NCBI GenBank assembly: GCA_964016885.1
Contig: OZ024741.1
Span: 395,126,001 to 395,190,000 of the forward strand
Origin: Eledone cirrhosa
Taxonomy: Eukaryota
Length of the DNA: 64,000 bases
Reading direction: 5' to 3'
Shown: positions 25,327 through 38,119 of the stretch, piece after piece
Position numbering within the stretch: position 1 is the stretch's first letter
Layout: each line of letters opens with the position of its first letter
Program-made: the position numbers and the translations under genes
The notes under the pieces: model-generated
Told to the model about the DNA's origin: nothing
Database searches by the model: none
Seen by the model: the letters and a program-made list of their open reading frames with translations, nothing else

Positions 25327-27725
25327 TCATCATCGTTTAACGTCCATTTTCCACGCCAGCATAAGTTAGATGGGTTGTCCCATTTGAGGTAAGTTGGGTC
25401 AGGTGCCTCTGTCTTACTAGTATAAGACTTTTTCTGGCTAAGTTTCTATGGCTGGATGCCCTTCTTAACACCAACCACATTTACAGTGTGTGCTGGGTGC
25501 TTTCAGCCATGACTCCTACATGACCACTTTACAGAGTGGACTGGTGCTTTGTGTCATGGCACCTACACGGGCACTTTGCAGTGTGTGTTGGATATATTTT
25601 GTTCACAGTGTAAGGGTGGTGTGGACAGGAGTGAGTGGGTAGGGGTATAGTGGTTAAGAGGTACTTATTACGTGTACATTTGAGGCTGTGCGCATAGGAA
25701 GGTGTGTCTTCTGTATTACTGCATAACGCCAAAGATCTCGATCCTGTGTCATTGTCTTTGAGAGGTTCAGTTGGGCAAGATCAGTTTTTATCACTTCATC
25801 CCAGGTCATCCTGAGTCTTCCTTCTCCAAGGTTTCCATCAATTTTGATTACCCTGCACCTTTTTACACAGCTGTCGTCCTTCATACGCATCACATGACCA
25901 TACTAGCACAATCTCCTCTCTAGCATACTGCATCTGATCCCTCTTAGTTCATTTACATTTTGCCATTCATGTATATTACTATTACACATCCATTGGAGCA
26001 TGCATGCTTCATTTCTTTCCAGTCTTTGTAGGTCCTCTGCACACTACCATGTAACATTGCTGTTCGTGTACATGCCTAATACAATCTTCCCTTCATTTTA
26101 AGGAAAAAACCTTTTGTAGCTAGTAGTGGTAGTAGCTCTCTGAACTTTTTCCATCCCGTTCTTACTCTGGCTACTGTACTTTCAGAAAACCCTCCTCCAC
26201 TACTGATTACATCACCCAGATAACAGAAAGAGTTGATTATTTCTATAGTATCGTCTGGGCATTTGAAAGCACAAGTGTCCTGTGGGCACTTGCTACTTAC
26301 TGCACCTGAGCATCAGCCGCATATAAAGCCTACGGTTTTTGCTAGCCTGCCTGTGATCCCACTACATCTTTTATGTACCCATAGCTTGCATTTGGAACAT
26401 AGGATGGAATTTCTCCCTACGCTTTTCCTGCATACTGAGCAAGGCCATTTCCTAAAGGGGATCTGAACCTTGTTTTCCTTTCTACATACTAGGACTTTAG
26501 TCTTTCACAAGTTAACTTTAAGACCTTTTGATTCTAGGCTATACTTCCAGGTTTGGAATTTCTTCTCTGATTCTGCCATAGATTCAGCTATGAGAGTTAG
26601 ATCATCTGCATACAGAAGTTCCCATGGGCAGCCAATCTTAAACTCTTCTGTTATAGCCTGTAGGGCAATAATAAACAGGAGAGGGCTAAGGATGGATCCC
26701 TGATGAACACATACTTGTACACTAAATTTTTCACTATAGTCATTGTTAATTTTAACCTTACTGACTGTTCCTCTATACATGGTTAGTACAGCTTCACAAG
26801 CCACTCATCTACTCTTAGTTTTCTAAGAGCCCACTAGATAATGGTAAGAGGGACTCTGACAAAGGCTTTCTCTGACAAAGGCTTTCTCCAAGTCAAAAAA
26901 GGCTAAGTAGAGGGATTTACTTTTAGCTAGGTACTTTTCCTGCAGTTGTCTCATGAGGAAGAGGGCATCCATTGTACTTTTACCAGGCACAAATCCAAAC
27001 TGCATTTCATCAAGGTTAATTCAGTCCCTAATCAGCTGTGCAATGATTCTTTCAGTGACCTTCATGACCTTATCAACCAACTTAATGCCTCTATAGTTTT
27101 CTCTGTCTAGAGCATCTCCTTTGCACATGTAGCAGTTGACAATGATGCTGCTACACAAGTCATTGGGTATGGCCTCAGTTTGTAATACTTGGTTTACTAT
27201 ACTAGTAACAATGGTGTGTCCCACCTTCCCAGACACTTTCAGCATCTCAACAACTATCCCTGAGGTTCAGCTCCCTTGCCTGTCTTCATATCTTTGCTTT
27301 ACTTACTATAGTACTACTAACTAGCACAGCCGGTCCCTCTGTTGGGTCAACTTGGGGCAAGCTATCTACATCCCATTCATTCTCCTCATGTAGTAGTCTT
27401 TCACAGTGCCACTTCCATGCTTTCTTTTCAGCATCAGTGTGGGCAAGTACACCGTTATCACCATGGACACAGTTCTCCCCAACAATATGACAATTTTCCT
27501 TCACACATTGTCTCACAATACTGAACACCTCACGCCTTTAGACCTTGCATTTCATAATATGCTTAAAGTTTTTATCTTCTGCTTCCCTTCTTGCAAGTAC
27601 ACTTGTCATCTAGTTTCTCTCCTAGCTACCTGGTATTGTTCTCTACTTCCTCCCTCTCGCCATTCTTTCCATGTCCACCTTTTGGCCTTAATTGTCTCCT
27701 TCACCTTAATTTTCCACCACCAAGT
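25327..27725 (-). mobile_element. RTE-clade LINE, 5'-truncated, frameshifted
   Basis: NYRGIKL, QFGFVPGKSTMDA, AFFDLEKAF, HQGSILSPLLF, LLYADDL. An (ATG)n-type tail adjoins TA repeats at 25327. Confidence 0.9.
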
Positions 27726-27726
27726 C

Positions 27727-28492
27727 TATATATTGAACAGTTTTGAAGTGATGAGTGTATATGAATATTCGTAAAATTGGAGTATTCTCAGTGTGAAGCC
27801 ATAAACAACTGGGTAGTATATGTATAGTAAACATTTTTTGTGGTTAAGATATAACCTCAAATCGAATTGAGAATGGGAGAGAGAGGAGGAAAGAGAGTCT
27901 AAACTATGAGATGAGAAATGAGAAGGCTATATAGAGAGAGAAGGGGAGAGGAGAGGAGAAAAATGGGATGGAAACGATGGAGCAGGACTAATGGAGAAAG
28001 ACGAAGAGATGGACAGAAAGATGGAGAGAGTAAACTAACAAGAAAAAAGGAACTTTAGTGACAGCTGAATCATCAGCTTCCCACAATACTATACATAGTT
28101 TCTCGCAGTATTGAAGGACTATGTCTGGAAGAATTGCCCACACAACAGAAATTAAATTTCTGTCATTCAAACACTAGAATAGAGGAATGAGAGAGCAGTG
28201 GGGCATGTTCACATCAAGCCATGATCGGTGAAAGAAGAGGCTGTTTGCTATTCGAAAGGGAACAGCAGCAGCGGTAGGCAGAAGTAACAGTAGCAGCAGT
28301 GGTAAAAACAAAGGGAGGGATAGTGGGAGATAGAGTGAGGAAGAGAAAGAGAGACAAAATAGGTAGATAGATAAAGATATAAAGAGTTACCTGTCTCTTG
28401 TATCGCATCCATTTGATAAAGAAAGCCCAGCTGAGAATACTCCAATTTGATGAATATTCATATACACTCATCGCTTCAAACCTTTTCAATTA
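27727..28492. mobile_element. Non-coding element bounded by about 60-bp inverted repeats
   Basis: 27732-27791 (TTGAACAGTTTTGAAGTGATGAGTGTATATGAATATTC..GGAGTATTCTCAG) is the reverse complement of 28431-28490, with a purine-rich interior. Confidence 0.7.
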
Positions 28493-28734
28493 ATGTTTAC
28501 ATAACATGAACTATGTTGGCTTATATATATATCATCATCATCATCATCATTTTACGTCCACTTTTCCCTGCTTGCAAGGGTGGGACGAGAACTGATTCTA
28601 GCTTGATTTCTACAGCTGGATGCCCTTCCTAACACCAACCTCATTTACAGTGAGTGCTGGGTGCTTTTTTTCCGTGGCACCTCCACGACCACTTTGCAGT
28701 GGAATGATAGGGACCCCAGTCATCTCATTTCAAT

Positions 28735-29180
28735 GGGAGAAGCGGAAGAAATTAAAGCTTTACTCCCTGGAGTGGAGACGAGAGAGATACACAGTGATAC
28801 ACATATGGAAGATCCTGGAAGAGTTAACACCAAACTTCGGCATTGAAGGCAGACTAGCACATGAACAGGATGTCACTATATAATGCCAAAGGTTTCATCC
28901 GTCGTATCGAGAATAAGGACCACACACTGCAATAGCCTGGGATTCAAGAGACCCCAGCTTTTTAATAAGGTGCCAAGTGTTTTAAAGAGACATCTCAACA
29001 TCTATTGAGTAAGATCCTGGATGAACCCACAGCATGTGGTGAAGCACAAATAAGAACAGCAGCAACAAACACCCTTTTGCATCAATGGCCAGCTAGGGAA
29101 GGCTGGCTATAGAAAGTGTAGCATTGGTAGTGGTACCCCAGCATGGCCTCATCCTATCAGCTGGAATGCAAATAAATAAA
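28735..29180 (+). mobile_element. CR1/L2-group LINE 3' fragment
   Basis: KLKLYSLEWRRERYTVIHIWKILE..PNFG, and 3' end GGTACCCCAGCATGGCC...AAATAAATAAAT. A similar 3' end occurs at 20437-20495. Confidence 0.6.
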
Positions 29181-29207
29181 TATGTGTATATATATATATA
29201 AATATAT

Positions 29208-29240
<33 letters not shown>

Positions 29241-29438
29241 GTTTAACGTCCGTGTTCCACGCTTGCATGGGTTTGGACAGGGTTTTCCCACTTGAGGCAA
29301 GAGTGGTTGTCTTGCTCGCATAGGACTGTCTGGCGGGTTTTCTACAGCTGGATGCCCTTCCTAACACCAACCACATTTACAGTGTGGGGCTGGGAGGTTT
29401 TTACCGTGTTGCCTACACGGCCACATTACAGCGTGGAC

Positions 29439-29482
<44 letters not shown>

Positions 29483-29484
<2 letters not shown>

Positions 29485-29968
29485 GAATAAAATAACAGGA
29501 GGCTGGACTGGACTGGTGTAAATCCTTGAAAAGTTTATTATACTATGATCATTTCAATGACCGGGTTCACCAGATGGTCATTAGTAGACCGAATAGCCAT
29601 CACTTGAGGGCGACTGACTGAGGTGAAAACAGCTAGTTGGTCAGTCGTCCTCTCTGTCTCTGATTTTCGGACCCATGGATTTTTATATATTCCTTTGTTA
29701 TATTTCGAATACTTGATGATATCACCGGATTCATACGGAACCCGGTCATTGAAGTGATCATAGTATAATAAACTTTTCAAGGATTTACACCAGTCCAGCC
29801 TCCTGTTATTTTATTCATAATAATTAACTCCGTCTTCGCACCACCAACTACACAAACGAAGACGGGTGAACTGCACTACGTTGAGTACTTTCCATAATAT
29901 TACATCAAGATTGACCATACGGAATGACCAATTCTATCCGGTGGTGAACCAACAAACCTAAATAAAAT
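29483..29968. mobile_element. PLE pseudo-LTR derivative with about 80-bp inverted arms and degenerate HHR (family B)
   Basis: Arms 29483-29568 and 29738-29818. HHR-like ATAC-TTGATGA..ACCGG..CCGGT-CATT-GAA(A/G)-TGATCA-TA-GTAT at 29709-29766. (TA)n on both sides. Confidence 0.75.
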
Positions 29969-29981
29969 ATATATATATATA

Positions 29982-30320
29982 TCATCATTTCATCATTTCA
30001 TTTTACATCCACTTTTCCCTGCTTGCAAGGGTGGGACGGGAATTGATTCTGGCTTGATTTCTACAGCTGGATGCCCTTCCTAACACCAACCTCATTTACA
30101 GTGAGTGCTGGGTGCATTTTTGCTGTGGCACCTCCACGACCACTTTGCAGTGGAATGATATGGACCCCAGTTCCTATCATCTCATTTCTACAGCTGAGTA
30201 AACTGGAGCAATGTGAAATAAAGTGTCTTGCTCAAGGAAACAACACATCACCCGATCTGAGAATTGAACTCACAACCTTTCGATTGCAAGGCCAATGCTC
30301 TAACCACTAAGCCATGTGCC
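29982..30320 (-). mobile_element. Full-length SINE with tRNA head and RTE-like (ATG)n tail
   Basis: Head GGCTTAGTGGTTAGAGC..GAGTTCAATTCTC at 30320-30260. The 3' half is near-identical to 28532-28730 and similar to RTE 3' UTRs (GGATGCCCTTCCTAACACCAACC). Confidence 0.75.
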
Positions 30321-30329
30321 TCCATACAT

Positions 30330-31935
30330 ATCATCATCATCGTTTTTACATCCATTCTTTCATGGGTTAAACAGGTTCTTCTCTGCTCTTCATCATCTCC
30401 TTTGTGAGTCTCTGCAATTTAAATTCAGCTCTCACCATCTCTTCCCAGGTGTTTCTTTATCTACCTCTACTGCGATTTCCTGTCACTTTTTCAGCCATCA
30501 GTCATCATCCATGCACATCACATGTCCATACCAACACAGCCTGCTCTCCTGCACCTCACATTTTTACACCCAGTTTCTCTTATGTTTACATTACACATCC
30601 AACAAATCAAGGTTGCTTCATTTCTCTCCAGTCTAGGCATGTCTTCTGCAGTCACAGCCCATGTTTCACTACCATGCGGCATCACACTTTGCACACAGGA
30701 TTCATACAGTTGCTTTTTTTTGTTTGTAGGGAGAGACTTTTTGTGGTCAACAGTGGGAGTAGCTCTCTAAACTTCTATCCTATTCTTATTCTAGCTATTA
30801 TGCTCTCAGAGCAACCTCAACCGCTGCTAATTAAGTCACCTAGATAGCAGAACCTATCAACCACCTTTGACTTGAAGTTGTTTATATCACTGATGCTTTT
30901 CCCCTCAATTACTCCTGTGCATCTTCTAGATACAAATTCTTACTTGTTAATCTATTCATTATCCCATTACATCTCTTGTGTATCCAAGATTTACATTTTG
31001 TACACCGTATGGAGTTTATGCCTACTCCTTATCTACATATTGAGCAGGGCCACTTACCTGAAGGGATCAGGGTCCTATCTTCTTTCCTATGCACAAGCAC
31101 TTTAGTTTTGTCTAAATTTATCCTCAGACCCTTTGATTCCAAATTCCATTTCCCTAGACGGAACTTATTTTCTATTTTTTTAATGGATTTGGCTATATGG
31201 ATCAAATCATCTGCATAGAGAAGTTCCCATAGACAGCTATTTTTAAACTCCTCTGTTATGGACTGGAGGACTATGATGAACAGCTGTGGGCATAGAACCA
31301 AACCTTGATGAACTCCTCCTTGTACCTTGAATTCCTCACTAAACTCACTTCCTACTCTCACAAGCCAGTCTTCTACACCTAATTTGCTTAAGGAACACCA
31401 GATAATAAATCAAAGTACTCTGCCTTTCTTAGGTCAACAAAAGCTAAATATAGTGGCCTATTCTTGGCAAGGAACTTCTCTTGTAGTTGCTTCATACTTT
31501 TCCCAGGCATGAAACCAATCTGCATCTCATCTATTTTGAATCCCTCCCTAATTAGCTGCACTATAAATCTTTCTTTCACTTTCATAATTCAATCAATTAG
31601 TTTTATCTCTCGATAGTTGCTCCTTGTAGCAGTTTATGATTGTACTGCTGCATCCTGTATTACCTGATTGTCTATGCAAGTTGCTAGTTCAACTCATACT
31701 CATGAGGCTTTTAGCATCTCAGCAACTGATGGTCCTACAGCTTTACCCTTCTTCATTTCTTTGATTGCTTCTTTGACCATATAACTGTCAACTTCAATAG
31801 CTGGTTCTACAGTTGGATAAGTTGGGAGTATTTTCTCATTCTCTACATTCATCAATCTCTGATAGTAACATTTCCAGGCCTCTTTCTTTTAAGAATCAGT
31901 GGTGCTAAGTATACCGGCATCATTTCTAACACACT
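30330..31935 (-). mobile_element. RTE-clade LINE fragment, abutting a Gypsy LTR
   Basis: QIGFMPGKS, LAFVDLRKA, HQGLVLCPQLF, LLYADDL, PSGKWPCSICR. Confidence 0.85.
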
Positions 31936-31936
31936 T

Positions 31937-34665
31937 TTAGAAGATTCGTATTATATAAGATATTATTATCACGGTTTTAGAAATAACATAAAAGGCTGAT
32001 TCACTTTAAGATAAATGTTGTTGTTGAAATAACAAGAATGACTTTGTGTGTTTATATAAAGATTTACTTCGTGGAAGTCAAAAATAGAACAATACATATT
32101 TTACCACAAGCTGTGACGGTGTAGTTGGCTTATTAGGCTGTTGGTGAGTTTTAGACCATAGTGGGTGAGAGCAGTGCTCTCAACATGTTCACTGGAGTAG
32201 GCTGGTCGTGTGAGAGAGTGAAGGCAGAGTTCATCTTCTCGTAAGTGCTGGTAGGTGCCAATAGAAGGCAAAGCTGTAACTTGACTCCAGGACAGCTGGC
32301 CGTGTGTGAGAGGAAAGAGAGGAAGCTGGAGGGGAGTGGGCGAAGTCGCCCGTTCTCCAAGGCCGCTGCGTAGAGAAGAGATAGAACGCTCTGGCGGTCT
32401 CAATATATAGTCCCCATGGGGACGTAACTCTCACGAGTTCTGGATCTCACCGCTAGGGGTCACTACAATACCCTCCTCCAGACGATAGGCGAAGAGCCCG
32501 AAGGTAATTGTAGCGAACCCGCAAGCATGGTATCCAAGCAAAGGCATGAAACAGTAACAAAAAATCAAAGAGTACATGCATACAAAATTCAATGAAAAAG
32601 AAAACAAAAGGCTCCAGTGGCTAGTTCATATAAAAAATGTCTGACAGAGTTTTTTGGGCCAGTGGACTCTTCAACCGGAATGGGTCGTGGTCTTGTATGT
32701 AGGTGAAGGTGGGGCAGAAGGAGCAGGTGTAGAGAAAGATTGGGGTATTTGTCCAGCAATGTGCTATATATCATTAGTAAATTGCAAAATGTAAACAAGG
32801 TGTCTTGTCTCTCTGGGTAAATATTTGTTGGCTTTAGCCCTCAAAGCGAAGGTCAGAGGTTTGTGGTCAGTGAAAACCGTAAAAGTTCTTCCCTCAAGAA
32901 TATGAGAAAAATGTTTCAACGGCATATGTATGGTTAATAACCCCCCGACCAAACGTGCTGTAACGAGTTTCTGCTGGTTTCAGCTACCTGGAGAAAAACG
33001 CCAAAGGTTGTTGGTTTCCAGCGTTATACTGTTGTAAAACTGTTCCCACAACGGAATCAGATGCATCAACACAAAGCGAAAGCTTGGCCTCTGGTACCGG
33101 GTGGGCTAGCAAAGATGAATTATCAAGTGCTGTCTTGGCGGTCTGGAAATCTTTGAGTTGTCCTTGTGTCAAGGAAATATCCTCATTCTTTTCACGGCGA
33201 TTTTTCAAAATCTCGGTATGGGAAAACAGTAATTTTGCACATTGAGGAACGAAACGTCTATACAAATTGATTAGGCCTAAGAAATGATGCAACTGGTGAA
33301 GTGTAGTAGGCGGAGGTAGAAAATCCTGGAGATGGGGAATCGGATATCTATCCGGGACGGTCATCGTGTTTAGCCTCCTATAATCCCCAGTGGGTCTCCA
33401 GTCGCCAGAAGTCTTGGGCACCATATGTAAGGGTGAAGCCCAAGGACTCGTAGATGGGCGAATAATGACCAGCTGCAGCATATGGTTGAACTCGGAACGT
33501 GTTGCCTTTAACTTGTCCACTGGTAAACGACGTGGACGTGAAAATATTGGAGCGCCGGTTGTGGAAATAGAATGCTCGGTTGAGTAGCTCCAGGGTGAGT
33601 TCCAGAATGGCTTTCTGCATAGCCATTATTGCTGCGCTGTGAGTATGAGTAGCCGCGCAGGTGGCATGGCCAGGTGTGGCCTGAACTGGGTGAGGAACAG
33701 CGGCAAGGGCCTTAGAAGTATGAGATGCCATTGGTACAATATCAGTAAGTTGCCAAAATGTGTCTCCGTATAGAAAAATATCTCGGACACAAGTGAAAAA
33801 GAAAATAAATCCACTTGTTTTTCTCTGTCAAACAACCGGACAGGAAAAAGAATATATCCGAGATAACATGTAAGGGAGCGAATAATCAAGCAATGGCATT
33901 AATAATACATTTGCAGCGAACCTAAAACAAAAACCAATATGGCGCACAGTTTCGCGCCAAAAAACTTTTGATGGAAAAGGAAGCCGCCATCTTGACATCT
34001 TCAAAAATTTTAGCAAAGAAACGAAGGAAGAAAATATATTTATACAATTGTTCCTTTTGCTAGGAAACTAGCAGCATTTTTTTTTGTTTTTGTTTAAATA
34101 ATTTGAGACTTCGTTCCGCACAGATGAGGAGCTTGGTAATTAATTATTACTGAGAAGTTGTTGATATTAGTAAATGCAGCCATATCAGAAAAAAAAAACG
34201 TGTTGTTTTGTATTAATTGTTTTTTTTTTGTTTTATATATAATATCACTTCCTATTATTTTTTTCGGGGTCACCACTTTAGATGGATGGTATTATTTAAA
34301 TATTATTATCACGGTTTTAGAAATAACATAAAAGGCTGATTCACTTTAGGAGAAATGTATTGTATAAGATAAATGTTTATATAAAGATTTACTTCGTGGA
34401 AGTCAAAAATAGAACAATACATATTTTACCACAAGCTGTGACGGTGTAGTTGGCTTATTAGGCTGTTGGTGAGTTTTAGACCATAGTGGGTGAGAGCAGT
34501 GCTCTCAACATGTTCACTGGAGTAGGCCGGACGTGTGAGAGAGTGAAGGCAGAGTTCATCTTCTCGTAAGTGCTGGTAGGTGCCAATAGAAGACAAAGCT
34601 GTAACTTGACTCCAGGACAGCTGGCCGTGTGTGAGAGGAAAGAGAGGAAGCTGGAGGGGAGTGGG
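31937..34665 (-). mobile_element. Gypsy (Ty3) LTR retrotransposon, internally deleted
   Basis: 3' LTR about 31937-32467 starting TGTAGTG after PPT CTGGAGGAGGGTAT. Partial 5' LTR 34277-34665. PBS TGGTGACCCCGA (34264-34275) is complementary to the tRNA-Trp 3' end. Pol motifs IRPSTSPWASPLHMVPK, DYRRLN, VDASD, FTDHKPL. Confidence 0.92.
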
Positions 34666-35480
34666 TTATAGCTACTGTTGCTCAGAGAGTGGGATTGGCT
34701 CAGTACACAGTCTTTCCTCACTTTAAAAAATATCTCACGCACAGGTATTGCACGATAGAATTAATAAATAATTATTAATAATGGTATATCGTGCAATGGC
34801 CATACTCGATAACGAGGGGGCAGCTATCATATATATATATATATATAATGGTAAAAAAAAAAGAAAGAAAAAAAACAGTAGAAAATGCTAATGGGATTTT
34901 CTCATAGAATAACAGCAAAACATTTATTCACAAAAAAGGAATTTATCGTACCGGTTTCAGCCACGTGGGCTTCTTCATGCTAGGGAAGTGTATAATAAAA
35001 TTTATAATGGGGGTAAGTTGTGTATTAATAAGAATATGGTATAAAATGAGATGGTTTACATACATATATATATATAGAAGAGTTCAGATTTTTGTTTATC
35101 GTTTTCTCTCCTTCTTGGTGGTGTTGACTAAAACTGCAGCAGTGGTAGTGAAAGTAGCAGAGGAGAACTAGCTTGTGTGTCACTTTTCAACATTCTATAT
35201 ATATATATGCATACACACAGTGGCAGACTGACAAGGTTGTCAGGTTGCCAATGGCAAATGGGCCACAGGGGGCCAAGGTAGCATTGCAGGGCCCCACTAT
35301 AGCATTTTAGGGGCCAATGCATTGCTTACAAAAATATCTGAAGTCTTAGAGAAAACAATTAAACAAAATATTTGATCAAACAATTCCCAAGGGAATTTAT
35401 AGAAACCAAAATATATGATAGTGTAAACCAGCTGGAATCAGTGGTTGTGCATTGTACTAAATTTATAGCTTGCTGTATTC

Positions 35481-35660
<180 letters not shown>

Positions 35661-36964
35661 ACATGAACTGCTGGTCAAATAATTTTTGGTATCAATGGGT
35701 TAAAGACACCTGTCCAATCAATTATATATACACATACACAAATATATATATATGTACACACACACACATATATATATATACAATGTCAATTAATGATCAG
35801 TTCTTCAGTCTAAAGTCCCTAGGGAGAATGAGGGACAAAGAATTTTTGTTGAAAACATGTATGTATACATATATATAAATCTATATATACATATGTACAT
35901 GCACAAACATACATACACTCCCATCTCTTTCTATATATATATTTTTTGTCTCTCTGTCTGTCTTTTCCTTATGCATTCCCAAACGGTTTGACCCAATCAA
36001 ATCAAATTTTACAAAGTATTAAACTCCGGGAGTGCCAACAAAACAGTGGTTATAGAGAAAAGAAGAAATTGGAGATAGCACGGAAATTATATTTAAGGAT
36101 TTGTTTTTCCTTTCTTTGATTCGTCAAAATGACATAAAAAAGAGTTTTATAAAGTATATAAAGTAATACCGGTTTCGATGTATTAGTAAAATTCATCTTA
36201 TCAAATGTTGAGTATTACAATTAAAAAGAATTAATAAGAATTAAAAACTAAAAATGAAAAATTTAAAATTAAGTGTTGAGGTCAGCTTTTTTCATCTTCC
36301 TTGTTGAGAAGGAGACTGGAAAAAAATATGTGTGCGTGTGTATGTATGTACGTGAGTATATATATATGTACGTATGCATGTGTGTGTGTATATATGTATA
36401 TATGTATGTATGTGCGTATATATGTACATATGCATTGTGTGTGTGTGTATATATATGTATATGTATGCATATTTTTTGTAAGTAGGTGTGTGCACATGTA
36501 CGTGTATGAGCATGCGTATATTGAATACTTATGCGTGTGTATATAGGTATATGCACACATGTATGTGTATTACATGCGTATATGAGCGAGTATATGTATG
36601 TGCATGTATAAATTTGTGCGAGCACATGCAAAAGCACGTGCGCTTACATGTACATGTGAATACATGATTTGATACACTATATTCTCATTTACACATGCTT
36701 CCACACCTGTCACTGCATACTCATGTGTGCACTGACAGGTTCATTAATGCTCTCATCATCATAATTACTTTTACTATTATTAATACTTTCAGGTTTTTTC
36801 GTTTAATCATTTTACTTTTATTTACATCATTTCCAATACATTGTAGTTGGAAATCATTCGGCTATTCTAAATAGAATATTAGTTTAATGATTTTTTCATA
36901 GCAAGAAATTGTTCTACTCGCCCCACATAATGACGTAATCTGAGAAAATTTATTGTAAAAAATT

Positions 36965-38050
36965 CAAGTGCCTTTTGAGGTTATGAAAACGGAAAAGGAA
37001 GGGAATGACAAGAGCTCTAAATTCACAGAAGAATGTGGAAGGGGAAAAGGGAAGGTCATGAGCTCTAGGTCTAGGGTGCGTTGGAATTGGGGCTGCGCCT
37101 CGTGAACAAGACTGTTAAAGCATTTCCCTGGACAATTCCAGCGACACTCATTGAGACAGCCACCCAACCTCGCGGGGCTCCTTCCTGAAACGTGCTGCTG
37201 ACGAGCTCAGCAGCACGTCGTCCAAGTACGCCTGAGGTCTCGATTGTCACCGGTGTGTGAAGAGGAAGCAGCCGGACAACACCCGTATTTGTTTCCTTTC
37301 CTTCCCTCTGCATTACAGGCCGCAGTACCCGGGTTTCTGGCCGGAGCGACTAAGGTGGAGGCAGAGAACGTGTCGCAAAATGTAGCATCCCTGATGGGGG
37401 ACTTAACCCCTTCGAATGGGAAGAAGGTAATTCTATCGGGGCACTTGCCATCTCTGCGGTTGAGGCTTGCTAGCTCCAGTTGTGATGGGAAGCCAGCCTC
37501 GTCTAGGCTCCTTCTCGTTTGGAGCGGTATGTTCGAGGAACCGGCTTGTGCTCTGGCGGCATGACAGTAGGTGCAGAAAACCTTGTCAACGAACGCTCCG
37601 CAACGCCATTTATGTGACCCATACATGCAGAGGCCGAGGCATTGGGCCACTCCGATGCGAGTGTACTCGTCATCAAGAAGGGTACCGGTTAATGTGGAGG
37701 GCACCGAATTGAGCTACGCATCGCTGTTTGGTTATGAAGCGGAGTTGAGGCAGGCGAGGCGGTTTAAAGAAATACCTGTATTTGATGTCCCAGTTACGTT
37801 GGACATTTGTATACTGGGAGACAGAGAGGCCTTCGCCTGTCTAGTCGGCCAGAGCCTGTTTGATTTCTGGGGCCACGTTGGATTCAGCCGTCTAGCTGAG
37901 AACTTCACTGACGAGAGCATGACTGAAGGAGATTGAGGAAAGGTAGACTGGTAGAGCCAGATCCGAAATGGATCGGAATCCAAGGCCACCGAATCTCGCC
38001 GAAGCAGTTCCTCAAGTGGAAGAGCGTAGGATGAGCGTCAATGAGACGTA
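36965..38050 (-). mobile_element. CRE-like 3' part, degraded
   Basis: RLACLNSAS, PSTLTGTLLDD..WRCGAFVD, RRDGKCPD..IRDATFCDTF, PVTIETSGVLG. Confidence 0.8.
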
Positions 38051-38119
38051 ATTACCCTTGCATATTTCTCGTCGATCACCAGAGAATGTCTTCTCGAACC
38101 AACGTTTTCTTTTGGTTGT

